From NCBI GenBank assembly GCA_032718475.1, contig JAUCBJ010001553.1, positions 1 through 33,589 on the forward strand: a stretch of DNA of 33,589 nt, written 5' to 3'. A program made the position numbers and the translations under genes. Below are positions 24,460 through 33,589 of the stretch, piece after piece. The notes beneath the pieces were generated by a model, which was given only the letters and a program-made list of their open reading frames with translations, was not told the DNA's origin and ran no database searches. The DNA comes from Nemertoderma westbladi (Eukaryota > Animalia > Xenacoelomorpha). Position 1 is the first letter of the stretch; the number at the start of each line of letters is the position of its first letter.

Positions 24460-24847
24460 AAATCTGTTAAACCCTTTGACCATCTGAAATTCTAGTCGAT
24501 TAAGATATCGCTGCACCCACCGATATACTTGAAAGACAAAATTCTAGAATCAGTGGTTAACGTCCCCAGACATATTCTGGAATAAATCAGTGCCCATCTT
24601 AAATATTAAATATGTAATAAATATTTATAAAATCTATTAAAACAAATGTTATAATAGAGTAAATGCTGACAAATAAACTCTAAAGAGTTTGTAAACCAAA
24701 AATCTGTTAAAATTTAGATCCTTTAAATTTCTAGTCAATTAAGATATCGTAGCACTTACCGAGACTCTTAAAAAGACAAAATTCCTAGAATTAAGGATCC
24801 TGTTCTGGACATGTTATGGAATAAAATTGTGTCTATTTTAATATTAA
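24460..24847. repeat. Diverged direct duplication (~150 bp repeated at ~240-bp spacing) in the 3' non-coding region
   Basis: AAATCTGTTAAA...TTCTAGTC.ATTAAGATATCG..GCAC..ACCGA...AAAGACAAAATT...GGAATAAA...AATATTAA at ~24460 and ~24700. Confidence 0.8.
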
Positions 24848-25090
24848 GGGGGGGGGGGGGGGGGGGGGGGGGTAGCGCATTTTCTGACCAAAAAGTCGAA
24901 TTTTTTAAACATATCCTATCTGATGCAGAATTTCATGCTGATATGGAAACCGTTTTCCCATATGTTGCTTAGTTTTCGAGATATCTTGGATGGAAGATAC
25001 TGGCTCCGATACATCGCGATATCGGTAAACGAGATGAAGTTTGGGGTTTGCATTCTATTTCTGCAAATTTATGTGCTCATTGGTGCTAAT
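24848..25090. mobile_element. Possible fragment of a TTAA-targeting non-autonomous DNA element
   Basis: TTAA followed by a G run, plus motifs (CAGAATTTCATGCTGA, TTAGTTTTCGAGATATC) of a style common in invertebrate MITEs. No second terminus found. Confidence 0.3.
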
Positions 25091-26457
25091 TGGATGTCTC
25101 CACGAGAAAGAGCACCTCCCCATTCCCTGGTGAGACCTCAGACTTTTGATCCTAATAGTATGACGGATCCTCCTGAACTGTACTCATTGTTCAAAGATCT
25201 AGTGTTACCCGAACAATTAGTCGTTGACACTCCGGTTGTGGGCTCCCTAGATATTCGCCCATCTTACCTAGCCGGATTGGGACGCGGACACCTAATATCG
25301 CCATTCAACCCGTATAATCGTCCCGGTTTAACCCCGATACAACCCGTCACCAAGGTGGAGGAGAGCGTTGTACGAAACGCGTTAGACGTTATTCGACAAA
25401 AGATCGGAAAAGGAACCTACGATTGTTTAGATAAACGTAAATTGCATCAGCAAGTCCAAGCGGTAAAGGAATTGGCCTTACCCCAGTTCGACCGAGAAAT
25501 CCAGAACCTCGAAGAAGATATCGAACTCAGACTAACCTACTCTCTGCAAGAGTTTTTGGACGAATGCTTCCAACAACAAGCAGAGGAAAATCAGCTCGAG
25601 GAGAAGCACATCGAAATGGAGGAGTTAGAAGAAGCAGCTTTAACCCAGCCAGAAGCTCAAATCCTTATGACTGATCTCTATTCCAAAACCATCATCCATC
25701 CTTCGATGGTTCCCCATTTCGGAGACAAACTCTTCGCCACGGTACAACCCCAACCGGTTGTTATCAACCTAAAATCTAGAGATCTTATCGCTGACGCTCC
25801 TATGTTACAACGTCCGCCAATCGAGGCCGCTCGTGTCGACGGTATACTCGTTGAACCTCCGGACAATCGAGCGGATCTTGTCCGTCGTGTGGTACACGAG
25901 GTCAACCTACGCGCTAGACCTTTGCCGAACTCATTCTATGGGATCAATGACCACCCTTATTATGTCAATTTAACTCAATATTATATGGTGAAACCGGAAG
26001 ATCCTACGCACAGTTTAAAGTTTCTACCATTGATAAATCCTGCGGTGACTTGTTCATAAACTCGCATCCAGAGCTACAGGAAGTTTATAGACAACCATAT
26101 GAATATAGAGCCCGAGAACGCGAGTTGGAAAGAACCATTAAACCGAGGAAATTTCTCACTACTCACGGTCCGCCTACTGCTCTCGTGCAAACGACTCGTC
26201 AGGGACCAGTAAGAGCTGCCGTCCTGAAACGCTCTCTAAAGGTTGTTCGACCTCGTTCCATTGAGGTTGATATTGATCAACTGGGTACCTCGACTGGCGG
26301 ATACACCGACCACAATCCGAAACCTTCCGATGCAATTGTATTGCACCCCTCACCCAGGAGTTATAGCCCTCCTTGTAAAGTGGCTCGCCCCAAAGAGAAA
26401 AGGACTCTTACTAGCCTCAAAAAACTTTGTAAACGCCATTCACGTAGGAAGGACTAG
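24923..26457 (+). CDS. Extra ORF in the env position (24923-26059 plus frameshifted 26050-26457), unknown function; true start uncertain
   Basis: About 1.5 kb with no internal stop apart from one frameshift, ending 78 bp before the 3' LTR. Acidic/Gln coiled-coil-like centre, Pro-rich flanks and a basic C-terminus. No C-terminal transmembrane segment seen. Confidence 0.65.
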
Positions 26458-26526
26458 TAGTTTAGAGTATTTTTTGTATTTTAGAAACTGTGATTTTTAT
26501 ATTTTATAGACTTAAATCCCATTTTC

Positions 26527-26535
26527 TGGGAGCGG
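26527..26535 (+). promoter_or_regulatory. Polypurine tract TGGGAGCGG
   Basis: Directly precedes the TGT of the 3' LTR. Short G-rich PPTs are typical of BEL/Pao. Confidence 0.8.
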
Positions 26536-27742
26536 TGTAAAAGCTTTTGCTGACATAATAAGTCATTTTTCCCGCAATGCGCAGTGTAGAGGCTTTTACG
26601 GACATAACAAGTCATTTTTCCCGCAATGCACAGAATACTCTAAAATAGCCCTAAATTTATCCAACTACGTGATGGGAAGGAATCAGAGCCCAGATGACGA
26701 CATCTATCAGCTGATTCTTTGTGGACATGGAATCTCTTTGTTCGTCCAACCAATCAGAGCGATTTCCCCTTATGTCTGACAGAGGCCTATGGAAACTCGC
26801 GCAATGCATTACGGTCTTGTTTACTATTTTCTGAGCAGCAGAACCGGCTTGGAATTTTCTGTACTTCTGTGTAGAAGTTTCAGACTTTGGCCTAGAACAT
26901 CAGATGGCTTTGATTATAAGAACGTAAAACTATTAACTGAAACACCACTGAAACATTGCTGGATACACCGAATCACTAAACATCGCACCACATGGAACAT
27001 TGCTGCACATGTCATCCTGCATCATACCTGGAACACTGCATAAGTAACACATACTGACTGTTCACCGCATTATTTTACTTCTGTTATTAATTGTTGTTAT
27101 ATTAATGGGTATTGCTGTTATATTTGGAGAATACCGATAAATAATCATAAAACCCCTAATCTTCTTGATTACTGAAGGTAAGATGAACAGGTTTACCGGT
27201 AGCAATTGCGACTTACATTATAGTGGTTTTTGTGTGAATTAAATGCTATTTCATAATCCCTACATGTGTCAGTTGCGATCCTCCTTATATATGATCAAAT
27301 TCAGTGACGGTCGGCAGATCAGTGCGAAGTAGTGTGAAGTAGTGTGAAGTCGTGTGAAGGTTAATAAAGCATCTCCTAAAGAATGCGCTTTTTACGAAAC
27401 TCTGTGGCCATCTAGTTGTGATTAGTATAAGTCATAACGCTGTTTTTATACTTAAAGCGCCACGTCCTAAAGGAACTGTTAATATTTCCCCGAAAGTAAA
27501 TATATTGTCAGAGATTATATAGTAACGATCAAACGAATAATACAGTAGGTCTACACTGCAATCACTATCAAGGAATCCGAATCCAGTCTCCCAAAACCGT
27601 GGGTGATAGGTCGCGCATGGACTGGCTTCGGCTGATGTAACTTCAGTACACTAGGTAATTGATATAGGCTAAAGTCGATTTATAAACAAGAGGACAACTA
27701 AAATTGGCAGGTTAAACTGCTAAAGGTCTAAAAGCGCGAACA
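26536..27742 (+). repeat. 3' LTR (TGTAAAAG...GAACA)
   Basis: TGT...ACA termini, matches 10627-11833 and is followed by the TSD CCTAT. Confidence 0.97.
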
Positions 27743-28397
27743 CCTATGGTAATAGGCACCAGAAGAAGCCCCTTAACATTAGAGAGTCTATTGGTCTTCG
27801 GAACCGATAGGCCTACAACTTGCAACAATATACTGTAATAAGATATCTGCATTTCCTATGCGATAAAGGTAGTATGGGCCGATCAGCGATCGCTAATTCA
27901 TTCCCTCCCCCCCCCCCCCCCCATTCAGGGTGTTTTCCTGATTGGTAATCGTCGTACTGTACAATCCTCTACTACACTAGGCTTACTAAGTCTTCCTCTA
28001 TATTCATGGAATTTTAGTAGCGCTCCGCTAATCCCATCTGCTCAGTGCTCATATCAAAAAAACAGATATCTCATCCATTATATAGTAGTAGCAATTGGGC
28101 CTCCTACAGTAGTCGAAGAACATTCTCTTTAATGTTCACGAACATCATTCTCATGAAGTGATATAGAATTGCTCCGAAATTAGCTTACTCTTTAATACAT
28201 TTACTCGTGTGTTATACTCGCACTCGGTGTAATAATTTTGTGAAACTCTGAATTTATTTCCTAGATTAGATGCGTTGTTCTATTTGTTTTAATGAATAAT
28301 AGTCAATTGAGCACACATTAGGCCTAATCTAAACAGTACCGTGTAGTGCGGTACATTAAGCAGAAGAACGCAGTAACGTTTAGTACGGTTCTGATTA

Positions 28398-30597
28398 AGG
28401 ACATGGGGGCGGTTGGCGACTCGCCCTCGCGTCAGCAGATGATAGTGGCAATGGTGGTATTGGTCTATTGATGAATCCAATTGGACATGCTGCATTGTTC
28501 AAAATAGACCAAATCTCTAAAAGCAGCATCCGTTGCCACTTCTCATGTTCTGGAAGACAGGCTAAGAAGTTTCCTAAGGTGGTTCTGATTGTGTGCTACT
28601 CTCCAACTAGTGTTGCCCCTGTAGAGGAGGTGGAAAATTTCTACCACAATCTATCAGCAGCTTCTGATGGAGTGGATCAGCATGCATTCTTAACATTCCT
28701 GGGAGACTTTAATGCAAGTCTGCATCAATCACCTACATCGCCCTGGGTCTATAGCAATAGTGTCAACCGAAATTCCGTCCATCTTCAGGATTTAATCTCT
28801 GGAAATGGATTGTTTTCAGCTGGAACCCAGTTCAAGAAGCGAACTGGAAAGCTATGGACTCATAGTGGACCCAGTGGCCACAAGTCAGCAAGTCCCAGAT
28901 AGACCATATTCTGTTTCGTAGGATGTACAGGAGCTCTATACAAGACTGTAATGCATTTACACTTCGACCCTTCTCCAGTGATCACCGCCTTATTGTGGCC
29001 AAGGTAAGACTTAATCTGCATGCTAGCAGAACAACGATATCTGCCTTGCCGCGGCATGACTGGTCTTCTTTGTTGCAACAGCCAAGTGTGAGATCTAGCT
29101 TCACACTACAGCTGAGCAACAGGTATGAGGTTCTTGCCTCGGAGGCGGCAGATCACTATGATGGCTATACTGCCTTCACAGAAGCAGTTAAGTTAGCAGC
29201 TGCAGAAACAGTTCCTGTATACCCTCGAAACAGGAAAAGGGCCCCCTGGACTGACATCAAAATCCAGAAGTGCCGAAATGACCTGTATAAGGCACAGAAA
29301 GAGTCCCAAATTAAACAGACTACAGTGGCCAAGAATGCAGTTAAGGCTGCATCTTGGTCCCTGAACAGGCAGTACTCTGTTAATCTATAGAAGGAGCTCA
29401 TAAACCAATAGGTTGATGCCATCAATGATGCTGACGACAGCAGGCAATCATCCCAGCCATGGAAATCTATCAACTTACTTACTGGGCGGAAAAGCGAACC
29501 AACCACCAAGGTTAATTAAGGCTGAATCACCAGCCGATCGCCTCAATGGTTGGAAGGCCCACTTTGAAAAGCTCCTCAATAATGACAGGGTATTGCCTGA
29601 TAACTTTATAGAAGTAAAAGTGTCTGAGTCTGTACTCCCAGATATTCCCATTGGCGATATCTCCTTTGCTGGAGTGAAGGCTGCTGCAAAGAACATTAAG
29701 ACCAATCGTGCCAGTGGAGTAGATGGTGTTCCCCCTGAGGTCTTTAAAATGCCTGAGTGAGTAAAGCTCATCTATCCCATCATAGTAGACATGTACCGAA
29801 CAACAAGAGTCCCATATGAAATGAAAACAAATAAGTTGGTGTCAGTTCCCATGAAGGGCAACCTAACACTCTATGGTTCTTTTCGGATAATCTCATTGAT
29901 GTCGATTGCTGCAAAGCTACACAATAGAATTATATTAAATCGCATCAGGGATCCCATTGAGAGACTGCTCCGTGGAAATCAGAATGGGTTCTGTAAAGGT
30001 CGTGGGACCATGGAGCCCATTTTGTCACTTACTGTAGAAGGATAATTGAAGAGTTATCAAAAAAGAAAGACAGGCATGTTATAGGGCGTCCTCCAGGGAG
30101 AAACACTTGCACCATTCTTGTTCATAATTGTGGTTGACTATGTTCTACGCATGTCCTTAGATGATCATAATGATGATGGGGTGATGATAACTCCACCTAC
30201 CTAAGTCGAGGAAATCCTGCCAAGTACCAATCTGATCTAGACTTTGCTGATGACTTAGGAGTACTCTCAGAATCACTAGAGGGAGCCCATCGGCTCGTCA
30301 GCTCATTAGAACATGCTGCTTCTAGTGTTGGTCTTTTTATTAACTCCAAAATTTACCAAAATTTTCACAGTTAACTTTGAAAGTTCTCAGCAAGTCTCTG
30401 ATTGGATGAGCATAAGCTCAAAGGATGGTATGCTTGAGCATGTGGACGACTTCTGTTACCTGGGATCATGGATCTGGAAGACCTTCGAATACGTAAGGGA
30501 AAGGCATGGGCAGCCTTGAATAGGCTTTCCAGGATTTGTAAGTCACCGAGAATTAATCGGAAACTTAAGGTCCGATTATTTAGAGCAGCAATAGGAT
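28398..30597 (+). mobile_element. Decayed non-LTR retrotransposon (RTE group, possibly RTE-X): APE endonuclease and RT, truncated at both ends
   Basis: GGIGLLM, CYSPT, LGDFNA, WTH, IDHIL and SDH (APE); ASGVDGVPPE, ISLMSIAAKL.NRIILNRI, NQNGF, GVLQGETLAPFLF, DLDFADD and FCYLGS (RT). Frameshifts and an internal RT deletion near 30075. Confidence 0.92.
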
Positions 30598-33503
30598 CGA
30601 AAGAACAGAAGTGAGTGGGCAGAGTCTTCCATATATTGTACACATAGAGGAGCTCCACTGGTGATCGACCTCCATCACGTGAAGTATTGCGGAATCCAAG
30701 GATGCCCTGTGTGATGCTGTCTACATCATGGTTAGCACCCCAGACGACTATCTTAATCGCCTTGATGGCAGATTCGGCATGGCCATTATTGCAAGGCTGG
30801 TGGGGTGATGGTAGACTGAGGTGAACTACATAGCTTTTCAGCAAAGTCTTTATGGTCTCTGAATTGAACTGGGAGCCACTGTCTGCGTAGAATTCCAGTG
30901 GGATGGCAGTGGTCAGGAAGAGGAGTCAGAAGATTTTAATTATTGCTGTAGATGTTGTGTCGGAGCCAAGGCTGGACAAAGTAGGCCACCCTGTATACTC
31001 GTCAGTAGTCACCATGTAGTGAATGCTGTCAGCTACAAATATGTGGGTTCTCTGGAACGGGTGGGTAGTGTCTGGGTTGCGTTAGAGGGGTTCTTGTGCC
31101 TGGACAGCAGAGAGGATGACACGATTGGCAATGTTTGGTAGTGATGGCGATGTGGTTTGATATGGTGGGCCACCAGATGGACTGGTTCGTATGCTCCTTT
31201 ATTTTATTGAGCCTCTGGTGGGTGGAGTTTAACAGATGGAGGGTGTTGTGTCGTAGTTCCTTCGGTATGTAGAGTTGTGGTCCACGAAGTATGATGCCAT
31301 CATGGACCATGAGTTCAGTACAGTGCTGAAAATATGGGCAGATATCGTCATTCGTGATATTGTGGTGGGAGGTTGGCCAGCCATGCCAGATGGTGGCAAG
31401 GTGTGCCACATAAGTAGGGTAGCAATATCCCGAAGAATGGATCTCCTGTAGACGAGCATCCTAGTCACTCTTATCATTGCTGGCGTGTATGAGGTCGTCC
31501 AGGGTGGATGTTCGTGCCAGGGAGAATGCGTGAATGCATCAGTGATGAGGTGCTTAACACTGTTTTGGTGAAATGAGAGAGGACCATTTTCAACTTCAGG
31601 AGACAGTAATTTGACACTTGGTACTGTCATCTGTCATTCAGGATGGGTTCAGGTGGATGCTGTCAGTAACTGGATCAAAGTGGTTTAGCCCATCCATGAA
31701 GTAGCGGCACTTCTGTGCCACCCATACCACTCTGAGGGCATCCAGTTCTGCCATCCCAGACTAGTTTGCCTCGTGTTTGGTGAGGCTCCTGGATACGCAC
31801 TGGATGGTAGCCAGTGGTACAGAGCTTGGTCCCACTGGTAGTGAAGGATGCTGATACCATATAGATGTGAGGCATCAGTTAGAATTTAACTTCTTCTATC
31901 AGGATGGAAGAGGTACGATGGGCTGGAAATGGTAGCCTGAGTGGCCAAACCCAGGTAGAGTGGTCTGTATTAAGGCTGTGGAGTGGCTCGATGAGTTGAG
32001 AGATTTCTGCCATCTAATTTCCTAACTGTTGGGCGAGGCTGAGGAAGGAGCAGAGTTCCTTTCAGTTGTTTGGGACTGGGAAGTAGTGGAGGTCCTCAGT
32101 GAGAGTGTGGTCGATCCAATAGTGCCCATGGCAAGTACCCTCCAAAGTGAATCTCAGGGAGGCAGTACTGAACTTGATCTGTATTCAAGGAGATGTGAGC
32201 AGTGTCACACACACCTAGAATCCTAGTAACTGCATTGGAGTGTTCCTCAGCACTGTCTATGAAGGTAATGATGTCCTCCACTATGCATCTAATTTTGGAT
32301 ATTCCATGGAGGGCATGGGCCATCCTCACGTTGAAAATGTCAGAACTGCCATGCCACCCCATAGGTATATGGTGAAATAGCCAGTTGAGGTAGCGATTTT
32401 AGAGATGATGTGGAAGGGGGGGGGGGGGGGGCGGATAACTAACACGGGTGGATGGTGGCTTTGTTAATTTCCCACAAGTTGACTGTTATGCAGAGTTGTT
32501 ATTTTCTTCCAAGTAACAACAATTAGACTAAGCCACTCGCCCAGGTTATTCTCATCACCAGCAGCGGGTTCCAGGATGCCCATTGCAATTGAATGCAGCC
32601 TCCAAGTTGATAGGAATAGCTTGGTTCGTGTACGATTGTTGTGGTTGGACATCAGGGATGAATTTGATTAGTGATATATCCCATCAAGTCATCACTCGAC
32701 ACTGCCCCGATAATGGATAAGGGAAGCAATGGTGGAGTTCTTCCCAGTCAGGTCGGAAGGTGTGGTGTATACAGTGCGTAGGCAGGGGTGGGTGGGTTGG
32801 CAGTATTAGACGATGGCTATTTGTGGGTGGTATTTGGTGGTGATTTTGCACCAGGCTTGGTGTACTCAATTGAGTTCACTGTTGCAGATAAGTTGCCACC
32901 TCAGAGAATGGGGCTGAGCAGGATTCCCAGGGTGAAGCACATCTGCCATGAGAGGAAGGGTTGTTGCAACCCATTCAGGACCTAGAGGTCAGTTGTGCAG
33001 TTCATGCCGAGAGCAGTGCATTGGAGGGTGGCGTTAAATATCCCTGTAATCCATCCAGCACAACTACCATTGGCAAGCCGAGGGGCCTGATGAGTGTCGG
33101 ATTCCCTATGGCCCATCATCGGTACGCCATTGGGGTTGGCCTAGGGATAGTTGTTACATTGGCTCCAGAGTCCAGGAGAAATTGTTACTTTGCGATGCCG
33201 TGGGTGGGGTCCTTTGTGATCTGGAAGCCAATACTCATAGTATCCAGGGATTCTAATCGTTTGGTAGTGGAGACGGCTGGAACATCATTGGTGTTAAGGC
33301 CATCCAATATGGTGGTACATATTTGGGCATGGTGTGTGGACTCATCAGTGTGCTGGATCAGTTCCTGGTCCATGAATCACGAGTGGTGCTATTGGTCAGC
33401 TGTGACACATGTGGTTGTAGTGTCTGACCTACCTGCTTGCAGTGCTGGCAGCGGGCTGCCCCTGTCGGTTTGCCTGGCTGGTATGGTGTGTGGTAAGAAA
33501 ACG
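30590..33503 (-). mobile_element. Decayed Ty3/Gypsy (Mag-like) gag-pol remnant
   Basis: Minus strand, in gypsy order: CQHCKQVG..H..MC knuckle, FLLDSGANVTTI protease, PMG..GSSDIFN..IVEDII RT, GWP..IPKELR..H..IWWP..CQSC zinc finger, and DSGSQF, NGHAESAIK, FRNT..GRSP integrase core. No LTR seen. Confidence 0.9.
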
Positions 33504-33556
33504 AGTACTCTGCGTTGATACCACTGCTTTAAGCAGTGGTATCAACGCAGAGTACT
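33504..33556. other. Library adapter artefact: inverted pair of AAGCAGTGGTATCAACGCAGAGTACT
   Basis: Reverse complement at 33504-33529, one T, then the forward copy at 33531-33556. This matches the SMART/IS-PCR oligo, which is also used as a low-input gDNA amplification adapter. Confidence 0.98.
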
Positions 33557-33589
33557 AAACACAATGTTAAAGTCATTGCTGGTGACCTG

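Larger units (their letters stand above)
10627..27742 (+). mobile_element. Full-span, non-autonomous BEL/Pao LTR retrotransposon (17.1 kb)
   Basis: Paired 1207-bp LTRs, 5-bp TSD CCTAT at 10622-10626 and 27743-27747, PPT, and BEL-type gag, protease, RT and integrase C-terminal remnants. Confidence 0.96.

Noticed and set aside
27791-27810. TTGGTCTTCGGAACCGAT resembling a tRNA-Tyr PBS
   Set aside because: It lies ~50 bp outside the 3' LTR beyond the TSD, matches imperfectly and has no internal domain following.
32961-33518. 185-aa plus-strand ORF and other antisense ORFs (e.g. 22903-23511, 1290-1658, 29165-29509)
   Set aside because: Shadow frames opposite retroelement coding sequence; this one also ends inside the adapter.

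Overview
Repeat-dense eukaryotic (probably invertebrate animal) DNA with no recognisable host gene. The centrepiece is a 17.1-kb BEL/Pao LTR retrotransposon (10627-27742) with two 1207-bp LTRs (~98% identical by eye), a CCTAT target-site duplication and a PPT. Its interior holds a 2-kb leader, a decayed and internally duplicated gag, a deleted pol and an extra ORF before the 3' LTR. The most striking signal is the absence of a tRNA-type primer-binding site: the 12 nt directly after the 5' LTR are instead the reverse complement of a 12-mer inside the LTR, which suggests Tf1-style self-priming in a BEL/Pao element. Also present are a second, divergent BEL/Pao pol remnant with its own downstream orphan ORF (575-4319), a fully palindromic hAT-like MITE, several tandem arrays, an RTE-group LINE remnant and a minus-strand Ty3/Gypsy remnant. 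A back-to-back SMART/PacBio-type amplification adapter near the right end marks an assembly artefact. All counts and identities were made by eye.
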